Assembly (NCBI RefSeq): GCF_030144855.1
Contig: NC_082730.1
Coordinates: 14,570,001-14,634,000 of the forward strand
Direction of reading: 5' to 3'
Length of the DNA: 64,000 nt
Source: Hypanus sabinus
Lineage: Eukaryota
The translations under genes and the position numbers were made by a program. A model generated the notes under the pieces. It saw nothing but the letters and a program-made list of their open reading frames with translations, ran no database searches and was not told where the DNA came from. This document shows positions 50,555-63,855 of the stretch, piece by piece. Every line of letters starts with the position of its first letter. Positions within the stretch are counted from its first letter, which is position 1.

Positions 50555-53500
50555 CTGAACAAAGGGGAAGAGATACAGAATCAGTGGCAGGTGAGGAGAC
50601 ACCTTTGCATTTCAAATATTTACCTCCTGGTTCCTCTATGAAATGAGTGAAGTTAAGCAATAAAAGCAGCAAGGCCAGGATAGTTCAGCTGGGAGATTAA
50701 TCTCATGCTGGACTGAGGGAGGGAAGCTAACTTATGATCATCACCTGGAGACATAATTGGGGAATATGATGTAGATACTGTATGACGTGACAGTAGATAA
50801 TTAAGATAGATTTACAAATGGCAGGGAAGGAAATAATGAGGTTGTGTAACGATGAGCCTGGGATAATGTAATATCATTGAAATGGTAGAATGATTTATAA
50901 CAGTCAGCTGTACCATTGGGTTCAATTCCTGCCACTGTCTGTAAGGAGTTTTGACCATTCTCCCTGAAACTGCATGGGGTTCCTCCGGGTGCTCCAGTGT
51001 CCTCCCACATTCCAAAGACATATGGGTGAGAGTTAGTCACATGAGGGCATGCTATGTTGGCACTGGAAGAATGGCAATACTAGCAGACTGCCCAGCACAA
51101 TCTTTGCTGATTTGATGTAATGCAAAATGATGCATTTGTCAGGAAATATAGGGGAGGCTTGACCAAAATCGAGCAGCAGAGACAATTTAGCAGTAAATGC
51201 TACTCTACTAATAGACTGCAAAATAGCATGAGGTGCCACAAAACAAGAAAGAGCAGAAAATAAACACGACAAGCAACAAGGTAAACTTTAGTCAGGGGAG
51301 TGAAGGCTATGAACACCTTGTTGAGGCCAACTGGTTTGAAGAGAGAACAAGGTCTGTGGATGAGAACTTGGATTAAATAGGCTGCAGGTAACGAGTCTAG
51401 AATGAGTGGCTGATGAATTCTTTTAGTCAGGTGGAGATTGGGAGGTTCCTTCATGTGCAGATCTGACAGTATTTAAATGTTTGTTTCAATGTACATGCGA
51501 CAAATATAGGCAATCTTGCTGAAAGAGGACACAGCTGTTTGGAAGTTCGACAATGAACCCTTGAAGATTCCGTATGAAAGCTGATAAGTGATCCATAACT
51601 GATTGAAGAAGGGAGTTGGGGGGGGGGGATGAATGCAGACAAACTGGGTTAACCAAAAAATAATTCATATAAGTATTTGAGGGGAGGATCTCAAAAGATC
51701 TCTGTATTCCTTGGGCACCATGCAGTGTAGTGGTTACCACGATGCTATTAAGCTTGGGCCATCAGAGTTCACTTCTGCTGAATTTTGTGTGGGATCCCTG
51801 TGGAATGCATGAGTTTTCCCTTGGTGCTCTGCTTTCCTCCCGGAGTCCTAAGATGTATCAGTCGGTTAGTTAATTGGTCTTTGTAAGTTGTCCTGTGATT
51901 AGGCTCGGGTTAAATTGGGGGTGGGTGGTACAACATAAAGGGCCAAAAGGGCCTGTACCAAACTGTTTCTCAGTAAATAGAATAAATAAATAAATACAGT
52001 GTGGGGACAGAGGAATCAAGATCAACAATATATAAGCGGCTCACTCATAACACAATAACTAAAGAGTCCTTGAAGGGAATTTGCAAATGTGAGCATTTAG
52101 AGCAGGAGTTCCAACCCTTTTTATGCCATGGGTCAATACCATTAAGCAAGGGTCCATGGACCCCTAGTTGTGATCCCTAGATTTAGAGGGTAAATCAACA
52201 AGAACATGTAGGGAGGTTAAGATGAAGTGAGCAACATAAAATGCATTTTATGATGGTAATAGAGAAGTAAACAAATAAGAAGAAAATCAAATATGTAAGG
52301 GAAAAGCAGGTAGAAAATAGAACAGTACTGCAAAGTAAAGGCTCTTCAGCCCATCATGTTGTGCTGGCCCTTTAACCTATTCCAATTTTAACCTAACCTT
52401 TCCCTCCCACATAGCCCTTCACATTTCTTTCCTCATGTACCAACCTTTTAAATCTCCCAAACTTACTTGTCTCTACCGTACCCCAGCAGCACATTCCAAG
52501 CACTTGTCAGTCTCTGTGTAAAAGACCTACCTCTGACAACCCACCTATACTTTCCCCTAGACCTAACACTATGTCCACTTACATTAAAGTTCAAAGTTCA
52601 ATGTAAACATATACCTCACGATATACAACACTGAGATTCATTTTTCTTGTGGCATAATCAATAAATCTATAGAATAATAACCATAACAGAATCAATAAGA
52701 GACCTCCGAACATGGGTGTTCTACCAGGGTGTAGAACAAACTGTGCAAACACATAAAGAAAGAAATAATAATAAATATATAAGCAGTAAATATCAAGAAC
52801 ATGAGACGTTGAATCAATGAAAGTGGGAACATTGCTTACGGAAAAAATCCAAGGAGAAAATGTACTGGTTGTTCAATCTACGAATGCCTCCTATCATCTT
52901 ATACACCTCTATCAAGTTACCTCTTAACCTCTTTTTGTCCTATGAGAAAATCCCTAGATCACTCACCTCATCCTCATAAAATATGTTGTCTATACCAGGC
53001 AGCATCCTGGTAAATCTCTTCTAAAGCTTTTATATTTTTTCTTATATTGAGATGACTAAACTGAACACAATAGTCTAAGTATGGATGAACCAGAGTTTTA
53101 TAGAGTTGCAAATTACCTCAAGCCTCTTAAATTCAATCCCACATCTAATGAAAGCCGACACACAATGTTCTTTGTTAACCACCCTATCAACTTGTATGGC
53201 AACATTCTGTTCATGTCTGGGGGCAAAGGCCTTTAGGCATACCAAGACAAAATAGGGAGGCAAACAAAAGATTCTAGGGTGTCATCTACTATTGGACTGC
53301 CTGAGCCAGATCGTCTTTTTACTTTAACATATATTCAATATTTTAATACTGTGTAGTCCAGGGCAGTGATACTGACTTCACCAATGCCCACTCTCCAGGA
53401 ACACCTTTCCTGCAGATGCAGTGACCAGCATTGATACCTTAACCGACCATGAAATTTGCCATCAGGGTCACATCTCAGTCGGTCATGGCAGGGCAAAGCA

Positions 53501-53934
53501 GCATTGCCAAGATTTGACAAATACATCCTCTGAGGGGTGGCAAATGGAGGAATCTGTTCTTATTTCTCAGCAACAAGCAAAAGCAGCCAGATGCAAATCC
53601 AGTACTGTTTCCATTTTGATAAGTGAGATTCTAAAATAACACTTCCAACTTTCATGTTTAAATCAGCATAGAATATTTACCTTGGAGCCTCAGGTTTGAA
53701 ATGTGTGAGAAAGAGTAGTGTATAGGCCTCTCTCATTATTTCAGTATGATTGAAGTCAATACTCTCACAGGTACAATGCCAGTGAAGAAAAGTGGGTGCA
53801 CCACCCACTTCCTACCCCTCCCATTCCCCACCCTCCATAAGCCAGCACCCCCAATAACATCACATATCTCATATAGCAGTAGTGTCAATCAAAATGTTGA
53901 CAAATGAGAACATCATTTGATGAGAACATCGTAC

Positions 53935-54289
53935 CTTTTGTCAGAAATCGATTGCATGCTGTTCCTTAGAGTATAATTGAATCTTATTTCTGAAGTTTCA
54001 GAATGTGAAGTCCTCATTAAATCTGTTACAGAAGTTTCAGAAGGTGGAGCCCTCATTGAATCTGTTACAGAAGTTTCAGAAGGTGGAGCCCTCATTGGAT
54101 CTGTTACAGAAGTTTCAGAAGGCGGAGTCCTCCTTAAATCCATTACAGGAGTTTCAGAATGTGAAGTCCTCATTGATTTTGTTACAGAAGTTTCAGAACG
54201 TGACCTCCTCGTTGAATCCAATACCAAAGTTTCAGAATGTGAAGTCCTCATTGAATTCATTACAGGAGTTTCAGAAATGTATCTAGATT
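53935..54289 (-). CDS. Gene C exon 3, Ser/Thr-rich mucin-like stalk
   Basis: tctttacag|AATCTAGA...AAAAG|gtacga; 355 nt, phase 1-2, open. 13-aa S/T/P repeats; homologous shorter exon at 27532-27640. Confidence 0.85.
53994..54275 (-). repeat. Coding VNTR: 7 x 39-bp units (13 aa, SETSVTDSMRAPP-like) plus a partial unit
   Basis: Directly visible tandem units (TCTGAAACT...) in the stalk exon frame. Confidence 0.92.
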
Positions 54290-56454
54290 CTGTAAAGATA
54301 AGAGATAAAATCCAGTTCCAACAGCTTCCCTGTGCAACTGGAAGAAAAGATAGCTTGCAGATTAATGACGGCAAGTCCATTGACACTGTGTGTTTGGATT
54401 TCCAGAAAGCATTTGATAAGGTCCTACACGATGGATTAGCATATAAGATTAACGCTGGTGATATGGATTGAGAATCAGCTGGCAGACAGATATCAAACAC
54501 AGGAGTGAAGAGCTCTGCTTTTAACTGGCAGTGAGTTTATAGAGGGAAACTGTTGTATTCTGTGCTAGAAACCTAACTCAACTTATTGTATATTAATAAC
54601 ATAGTCCAGGGGAATTAAATGCAATATATCAAGTTTACAGAGGGCACAAAGCTGGGTGACAATGTGTACTATGAGGCATTTCTTAAGCATGATTTGAACT
54701 GGTTCAGAGAATTAGCAAATGAATGGCAGATGAATCATTCTGTAGACAACTATGAAATGATCCACTTCAGTGTGAGCAGTCTTAGTTCAAAGATTTCTGC
54801 TTATTTTAGAGTACAAAAAATATACAAATATTAATCAATCTAAGTAAAGAGCTGAGAAATTATGCTGAAGGGAAATTAATGCTAAAGGATGTAATACAAA
54901 GGAATAAAACAAAATGAAATATAATGCTTCTGAAAAATCCATTACTTTTATAAATGAAGTAAAGAAAATTCCTTTGATAGTGATGAATTATTGGTAATTA
55001 AAGCAGTTACATCACGTGAGTAATGTGCTAATACTTAGCCAATGAAAAATGACAAAAGTAATAAACTATTTTTTTAGCTGCTACACCACTTTCTGCCAGT
55101 GAGATTGCCAATATTTGCTCTGATGGTCAGGTATCTGTGACATATTTGGAGGGTTTTGGGAGAAAGTGTTTGGTTTCTGTGATCTGCAACAGCAAGGGAA
55201 TCTCTTGGTGCTGCTGTTTGCATGGAGTTGGTGGGTGAAGCCCAGAAATCTCAGGAAGGGGAATGTCCACACAAAGGAGCTGGATGATCACAGTAGGCCA
55301 GGCAACATCTCTGGAGGAAAATACATGTGTGACGTTTCTGGTTGAGACCATTCACCACCACTGGAACGAATGAGGGGAGAGGACTGAATAAAAGGGTGGG
55401 GAGAGGGGCAGGAGCATAATCTGACAGGTGAATCCAGGTGAGAGGAGGAAGGTAGGAAGTTGGGATGGGGCAAGAGAATAGTATGATAAATTGGGACGTG
55501 ATAGGTGGATGAGGCAAAGGGTTAAAATTGAAGGAATTTGAGTGGAGAGGACAATAGACCATGGAATAAAAGAAGAAGTTGTGGGCACAAGGGCAGTGGA
55601 GGGAAATGACAAGGAGTAAATGGGCAAGATGGATAAAGGAAAACAAAAGGATTCTGATGCAACCAGATCCCATTTCATTTAATCTGATTCCCACCAGTAA
55701 TGGGTGGATGAAGAGGCTGGAAGCTTCGGAGTGGATGGTCAGTGGGTTTTGCGAGTGGGGGATCAGAGCACACTTATGGGGATACAAGTGGAGGGGGGGT
55801 TTGGGAGAGACTGTTTGATCCCTGAGATAGGCCAGGGATTGGACTGGCCTGCTTTAGAAGAATTGTATGCAATCTGTTGAGCTTTGGGAAATGATTCCCT
55901 TATTATGGTTTTTGGGTAATAATCCAATGAGCAACAAGTTTCTTTCTGATCTGTTATGGTCGGATTATTAGTTTCAGTCTGAATGCAAACCTCTTACAGA
56001 CTGGCATTTCATACAGTTCAGAGGCAGGAAAATTGTGCTGAGCCTCCCACTGGAAATCGGTGTTTATTCAGTGGGTCTGACACTGCAATGGGTGAGAGCA
56101 ATGAGTGGGGTTTCCCCAACACCTGCCCACTCCCCTCAGGACTCAGCACTGCCGTGGACCCTCACAATATGAGAGATGTTCTGACCCTTCGCGGTGAAGA
56201 CACAGATCCGATATTTCAATGGAGACAGCAAATCAATCCCTGATAACTGCACCGTCAGTTACTTTTAGATATGCATGGGACATTGAATTGGGTGAGAACA
56301 ACATACATGTGGTTTCCAAACTCTAGCCCATTCCTCGTAGGAAACTGTAACTGCTACGGAGCCTTGGGATATCGATGCCACCCTGACCATTCCCAGAAAA
56401 AACTTGAATCAGATATTTCAGAGGAGACATAAAATCAATCACCGAGTAACCTAC

Positions 56455-56775
56455 CATCAGATACTTCTAGATGTACACTAAATCTCAGTTGACGGCTTGG
56501 TGTTATAATTCCACAGCAGTACCATCCTTTATCTCCAGAGTGAAGATCCTCCATAGTAACAGTAAATATTCCCCGTTCCGGGTTATCTGTGATTGACATT
56601 CGTCCCCTCCGTCTGTGTTGCCCTTTTGTTTCCACTAAAACTGAACATTGATGAGTCCATCCATTGCACCAATACTTTGTGTATGAGCGGTACTTTGCTT
56701 CATATTGACAATCGATTGTGATCGCTCTTCCCACAACTCCTCTTACATATTTCTCTGCCCACAATGCACCTGAAA
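56455..56775 (-). CDS. Gene C exon 2, IgV domain of CD300/pIgR family
   Basis: ctcctcag|TTTCAGGT...GATG|gtaggt; 321 nt, phase 1-1, open. Encodes ITIDCQY..KYWCNGWTHQCSV..RMSITDNPERGIFTVTMEDLHSGDKGWYCCG, with canonical B/F Cys plus the C-C' Cys pair typical of CD300/pIgR/TREM-type V domains. Confidence 0.93.
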
Positions 56776-57200
56776 CTGAGGAGAACATGCTTCCGTAAAT
56801 CAGAATCAGGTTTAATATCAAAAGCACATTTTGTGAAACTTGTTAACTTGTGGCAGTAGTACAATCCAATACAGGGTAATATGGAAACATAAAACTGTGA
56901 ATTGCAGTAATTATATATCTTAAATAGTTAGATTAAATATGTAGTGAAGAAACAGAAATAAAAATAAGTGACGAAATAATATAGTTATGTGTGTGTGTAT
57001 TAAGTAGTGCAAAAACTGAAAATATCCTTCAGCCCCCTTTCACCCTATAACAAACAGTGATGCTGCCTGACAGAATGCTCTCCACGATACATCTGCAGAA
57101 ATTTCCCAGCGTTTTAGTCAACATAGCAAACCTCCTTAAAATCCTAATGAAATATAGCTGCTGTTTTGCTTTTTTTATAGCTGCATTGATATGTTGGGAT

Positions 57201-57417
57201 TGTGGTGAACTATGTGTGCCTGTCCAGACATGCCCCCTGCTGACTGCTCCTGTGGCTCCTCCTACAGACCCCTGTATAAAGGCGATCAAGGCCTAAGCCC
57301 GGCCTCTCAGTCTCCAGGATGTAGTATGGTGGTCTCTCACTGTTTGTTCCTTCTTCCAGTCAATAAAAGCCAATATCTCGCTTTTACGTCTCAGAGTGAG
57401 TTATTGATGGTGCACCA
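57201..57417 (+). mobile_element. Solo LTR, same family, in gene C intron 1
   Basis: 5-bp TSD GGGAT; TG..CA ends; internal AATAAA. Confidence 0.9.
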
Positions 57418-57699
57418 GGGATCAAGTTAGGTCCTGAGAGATATTAACACCCAGGAACTTTAAATTGATCACTCTCTGTAGGCGGCACGGCACAGTGCAG
57501 CAGCAGCCTTTCAGATCTGATGCAACTTTAGTTTTTTTAAATTTAATCTTAAATTAAAATTTAATTTTAAGGCACAATTAGGGTTTAGGGCAATGGATAA
57601 CAGAGTGACTATCTATCATCGCCAGTTACTGCTACAATACAGAGTTTGCCCAAAAACAAATCTTCATGAAAATCTGCTGAGTAGATTGTGTGACCTCAT

Positions 57700-59200
57700 C
57701 TTGCTGAGGGAATCAAGCCTGCAGTCCTCAGAGTCGATTGATGCTGGTAACCGGAGTTAGGCACGTCGTAGGCGGTGCGCATGGAAGTGGAAGCGAGGCG
57801 TGGGCAAGAGTCCGTGTCAGGAGAAAAGCAAGCCCGAGCGGCCGGCTCTCCCATCCATTCTGCTCTTTACTATCCACTTGCTGAGGGAATCAGGCCTGCA
57901 GTCCTCTGAGTCGCCTCATGCTGGTGGCAGGAGGTGGGGACAGCATAAGTGGCATGCGAGGAAGTGGAAGCGAGGTGAGTGGGCAGGAGTCCGAGTCAGG
58001 AGAAAAGCAAGCCCGAGCCGGCCAGATCTCCCAACCATTCTGCTCTCCAATGGACATTAAATTGGACTACATCTGTGGCAATGAAATATTCAGCTCAGGA
58101 GTACAGAGACGGATGGAATCCCGGGCACTGTCATTCAGCTGATTAGTTATGCAACAGATTTTCCCCCAAGCCATCGGGCTACCAACCTACTGCCCTCTGC
58201 TGTGCCTGTTGTCTTGTTTATAATTTATTGCAATGTTTGCACTGTTCTGTGTACTTTATGCAATCCAGGGTAGGGTCTGTAGTCTAGTGTAGTTTTTCTG
58301 TTGGTTTACATAGTTCAGTGTAGTTTTTATATTGTTCATGTAGCACCATGGTCCTGAAAAACTGTGTAAAAACTGTATTTTACTGTGTAGTGTACCAGCA
58401 GTTATGGTCAAAACAACAATAAAAAGCAACTTCACTTCACTTCTCATCCCTCCATGAAGACTGATGTGAGTACCCTGCTCTTACTTTTTCTAAAGTCACT
58501 ATCAGTTCTTTGGCTTTACTGATGTTGAGTGCAAGATTATTGCTGTTGCTACGACACCACTCAACATGCTGGTACATCTTACTCCTGAACGCCCGCTTGC
58601 CATGATCTGATATTCTGCCAATAATGGTTGTATCACCAGCAGATTTATAGATGACATCTAAGCTGTGCCTAGCCACTATCCATGGTATAAAGAGAGTAGA
58701 ACGGGGAACTGAGCGCTCATTCCTGAGGTGCACCCGTGTTGAATGTCAGTGACATGGAAATGTTATTTTCAATCCAATCTGTTGAGATTGTGGTCTTCTG
58801 GTTGCAGAGGGAGGTACAGAGGCCCTAGTTCTATAGCTCCTCAATTAGGACTACAGGAACGATGGTGTTAATTACTGAGCTATAGTCAATAAACAGCATC
58901 CTGACGCAGCTATTGGTATTGCCCAAGTAATCCAAGCCTCGTGGAGAGCCAATGAGATCACGTCTGCTATAGACCTATTGTAGCAACAGGCAAATTGCAA
59001 TGGGTTGAGGCCCTGGTTGAGTCAGGGGTGGATTCTAGCTATTACCAACCTCTCAAAGTTCTTGACAATGTCTATGTGAGTGTGACTGGATGATAATCGT
59101 TAAGGCAGCTCACACCGCTCTTCATGGGCACTGGTATAATTGTTGCCCTTTTGAAGCAAGTGGCAAGTTGCAACTGCAGCAATGAGAGGTTGAAAATGTC
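57700..59200. mobile_element. Rex1/L2-like LINE fragments, including a duplicated 175-bp 5' piece
   Basis: [20 protein letters not shown] motifs; ADDTT-like and NISKAKELIV RT remnants. Confidence 0.55.
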
Positions 59201-60439
59201 TTTGAATCTTTTCAATCTCTCGAAAATTTTCAATCAATTGAAATTTATCGAATGAACAAAAAAATTGCTTAGCAAACAACCTTCTGGAGCAAATCACAAA
59301 GCAATGGAGGAACTCAGTAGGTCAGTCAAAATATGTGAGAGAACAAATCTGATGAAGTTTCATGTTGAAAACCTATGTCAGGACAATAACCTCAGTCATC
59401 CCATCTCTTGACAGATACTGAATTCCTAACTACTGAGTTCCTCCAGCTGATAGTTTGTTATTCCAAGTTCTGGCATCCACAGACCTTTGTATCATCAAAA
59501 TCTTTTTTGTATTCACAGTGAATATTCTAGCTGTCCTGGTCAACATTCATTGCTTTACGAAGATCCCATTGGATGGCCCAACCTGTGTTTAGGCATTCAT
59601 GACTGTCACTGACCCCATTCACACTTGTTTGTGGTCAGAAGATAGGTGGATTAGCTGAGTATCTTGGCCATATCCCAGCCACCAATATTTGGCCTATGCC
59701 CTTACCTGTGGAACAGTTTCATCTGCAGTGCATGGCTTCTAACATATCTCTCAAGATTTCTACTCAGCTTCTTCCTCAGATCCCAACTTTTCCAAGGACA
59801 TTCAGTGTGCTTGTTCCCCTGAATGCTGAGAGACCACACACTGAGGGAGACAAGAGACTCAAGTCTCCTTCTTGGTGGGTGGGTGGGGGTACTTTGAGGG
59901 TGAATGAAAGTACTGTAGATGCGGAAAGTGTTGAACCCCAAAAATTACACTAGGGTTTTTCATTCTGATTTTATAACTAAGCAAAAATGGAGACTGACAT
60001 ATGTGACCAGAATTTCCTGTCAATAAAAATAAAATATCCAGTTCCACTTCTGTTTCCCTGCAGCAGTGTCATAGAATTTACAACATAAGAGGTCATTCAG
60101 CCCTTCCTTCCGTACTGGTTGAAAAAGTGCCATCTGTACTGGTCCTTCATCTAACACTGAGTCCTTTGCCCAACAGGTGTTGGCTCTTCAAATACACCTT
60201 CCAGGCTCTGTTTATTGTGGTGAAGATTTCTACCTCTACCAACCCTTCAGGGAGTCAACTTCAGAATGGTACCACTTCCTCACTTCTCTGCGGATAATTC
60301 CTTTGTGGTGGTGGAGAGGTTTGTGAGTTCTTGACATCCTGAGAGTGAAGCCATCTGGAGCTTACATTCTGGTAGGATCTGCCATGGCAGAAAGTTCAAG
60401 GGGGAGGTTCCAGACAAACAGCAATCTAAACAAGACCTC

Positions 60440-61620
60440 AACAGTGGAGCCAATGAAAGATGACTAATGGTGTTCCATAAGGGTCTGTGTTGGAACCACT
60501 TCTTTTTACTTTATATGTCAATAATTTGGGCTTTGTTTCAAACTTTATGAATGATACAAAGATAGGTGGAGGGGTAGGTAGTTTAGAGGAAGTAGAGGGT
60601 CTACAGATGGGCTTAAGCTGTTTAGGAGAATGGGAAAAGAAGTGGCAGATGGAATACAGTGTGAGGAAGTGTATGATCATGCACATTGTTAGGAGAAATT
60701 GAAGGATAGACTACTTTCTAAATTGAGAGCAATTAGAGATCTGAGGCACAAAGGGACTTGGGAGTCCTTGTTCATGATTCCCTAAAGGTTAATTTGCAGG
60801 TTCAATTGGTGGTGAGGAAGGCCTATGGGATGTTAGCATTCGTTTTGAGAAGACTGGAATATAGAAGCAAGGGTGTAAAAGGATGAAAAGTTGAGGCTTT
60901 ATAAAGCACTGTGAATATTGTGAGAAGTTTTGGGCCGCTCATCTAAGAAAGGATGGGGTGACATTTGAAAGAGTTCAAAGGAGATTCACAAAAATTATTC
61001 TGGGATTGAAGGTGCCCTGCAGGGATGGATGCTGGGTCCTTTGTTGTTTGTCATCTATCTCAATGATCCACATGATAACATGGTTAACTGGATCAGCAAA
61101 TTTGCGGACGACACCAAGATTGGGGGTGTAGTGGATAGTGAGGAAATCTATCAGGGCTTGCAGAGGGATCTGCATAAGCGGGAAAAATGGGCCAAAAAAA
61201 TGGCAGATGGAATTTAATACAGACAAGTGCAATGATTTGCACTTCAGTAGGACCAACCAGGGTAGGTTTTTCATAGTGATTGGTAGGGCAATGAGAGTGT
61301 GGTAGAACAAAGGGATCTGGGAATACAGGTACATAATTTGTTGAAAGTTGTGTCACAGGTAGATAAGTTTGTAAAGAAAGCTTTTAGCATATTGGCCGTC
61401 ATAAATCAATGAGTACAGAAGATGTTGAAGTTAGGTTATGTTGAAGTTAAGGCCTAATTTAGAGTATTGTGTGCAGCTTTGGTCACCTATCTGCAGAAAA
61501 GATGTAAACAAGGTTGAAAGATTACCAAGAAAATTTACAAGGCTGTTGCCAGGTCTGGAGGACCTGAATTATAGGGAAAGAGTCCTCAGGTTAAGACTGT
61601 ATTCTTTAGAATGCAGAAGA
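60440..61620 (+). mobile_element. CR1 fragments in gene C intron 1
   Basis: GPLLFVIY..KFADDTKIGG; RPNLEYCVQLWSP. Confidence 0.85.
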
Positions 61621-63855
61621 TTGCCAGCTTCTAGCAAGATGGTGGCGCAGCTGATCACAGTAGCTTCTATGCGGTGAACAGAAGGTGCTACTGTTGTACT
61701 TAAATGTACATCTAATGGTCACAAGATTCTGCTATATGTTAAAAACTTGAAGAACTGCAGGTCTGCACCATCAGTGAGTTGCTTGTTGGTGGAGATAATG
61801 AAGGAGCATCGCAAGGTGCCGCTGCCTGAGTTAATGGAGGCTTACAGTCAAATAGCGAGTAGTCCTCATGGTCATTTTTCTTGCGATGGCAAGACCATTT
61901 TGGACATTGTTCATCTGGTACCCCATAAGTTTGATTCGCTGATTTATTGGATATGAGCAGCGGCTGATGGAGGGGGCCAATTCTTTGGTCGTAACAAGGA
62001 CTGGGCCTGAAGCCATGGTGTCGTCTGTTTGCAGCTGCTGCGAATGAGGGAACAAAGCTTGTGCAATTCATCGGGGGTGGTGTAGCACAGTGTCCAGAGC
62101 TGCCCTCCCAGGGTTTCGCTGGGCAAAGACAAGTTCTGATGTGGCCGTCTGCAGTTCTTCTAGCGGCACCCAATGGACTCCAGCCTCAAGCTGCAGGTCT
62201 CTTGCTTTTCGGCCATCGGAGATGAGGCGTTTGAGCCACTGAGCTACTGGGGGCAGTGTAACTCAGTTGTGGTGATGGAAGATTTAAAATGGACTGATGG
62301 GTCTGGACAATACACATATATTTGTCTGGTTGTGCTTTGTATATGCGAGGACTGGGTCTCAAAGCCGCGGATTCGCCTACTGGGAGTTGGGTGTAAGGAC
62401 AAGTACTGTCACTGAGCAGGTGTTGTGGGCCTGTCAACAGATGATATCAGTCGGCTGGGGTGTCTGGACTTTTAAAAGACATTTAGATCGGGACATGAAT
62501 ATGGAGAAAATGAAAGGATATTCACATTATGCAGGCAGAAGGGATAAGTTTAGTTGGCCATTTAATTACTAATTTAATTGGTTCAGGACAGTATCATAGG
62601 CTGAAGTACTGTTCTATGTTCTATTTGATCTCCTTACAATTCCTTTTGCCCCACTAACCATCCAAATACCCCTGGGGTGAAAAGCTTTCCTCCTTCCTGT
62701 CAATCACCTGGTCAATTTCACGCCATCTGCTGTTGTCTTCACCATATACCCGGCATTTGAGTCTCCATTGTCAATGAGCACTGAAAATCATCGAACTTCA
62801 CGATCAATCACATACCTCAAATGTTACTATGTTGCTAGCATTTTTTTTTTAAGTGGGGCAATGAATGTTTAAGGAAAGTATTTGTCAAATTCCCTAACTG
62901 AACTCTACAAACATCCCCACCTGGAATTACTTATTAAAACAATGTTTGAAGACAATAAATGCTGACACTGAGCCTCTGCAGGGAGAGCGTCCATAACAAG
63001 CTTTTTAAAAAAATGGGTAAAAGAAAATAAATAATACTGGATGCTGATGGATATAACAAATGTTCACAGTTAGAGGAAGAGACTGAGAAGGAAATGGATT
63101 CTGAGTGCAAGATTAGCCCTCAACCCACACAGAACTGAAGAACAGGACATTTCAATAACGGCAACAGCTAACAAACAGACAACTTATTTTTCACATATTA
63201 TTCTTATGCTGCTTTTAGTGAGCAAAAGGCAGCATTAAAATGATATCTAGTGAATGGAAAGGGTGCTTTTGCATTTTACAGTGCACACTTTTACAAATTA
63301 ACCGTTCCCTAGGCAGCAACATTCTGCCAGGATTACCCTCAAAACTGGTGCCAGACCAGGACTTGTACACAGCTCTCTACACTCCTCCTGCACACCCACA
63401 ACTCCCCACCCACCTCCCCAGCCAGCCCCAATGCAGGATTTACAACTCGAACACCTTTTGACTCCATAGATGCTGCTGGACCAATACTGTTCTTCCAGCA
63501 TTTTGTCTGTGGTTCCACACCCCAATACTGTTGAACATATTTATGGAGTATTTTCAGTCTTTACATATCTGCATGTACTTTGCCATCTCGACTACAGAAA
63601 CGGTGCACTAGACCCAAATTAACACTGATCATTCAAATCAACAAGTAAAAACAGCTGATGTTGGAAATCTGAGACAGAAACAGAACGTGCTGGAAATACC
63701 TCGTATGTCAGGCTGAATCTCTGGGACGTGAAACAGGGTTAAAGGATCTTGGGTCTGAAATGTTCACTGTTTCATTTCCACAGGTACAGCCTGACCTACT
63801 GATTATTTCCTGCATTTATCAGTCTCTGTAACGTCCCGCGCTGGCGGTCACTCAC

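Noticed and set aside
53977-54471. Plus-strand ORFs across the 39-bp repeat, and the array as a CRISPR-like structure
   Set aside because: There are no unique spacers and the DNA is eukaryotic. Only the minus frame has splice sites that fit the gene; the plus ORFs are repeat by-products.
57703-58047. 175-bp GC-rich tandem duplication
   Set aside because: Explained as a duplicated 5' fragment of a Rex1/L2-like LINE.
61630-62450. GC-rich segment with several short ORFs in gene C intron 1
   Set aside because: No recognisable protein; probably a LINE 5' region, left unclassified.
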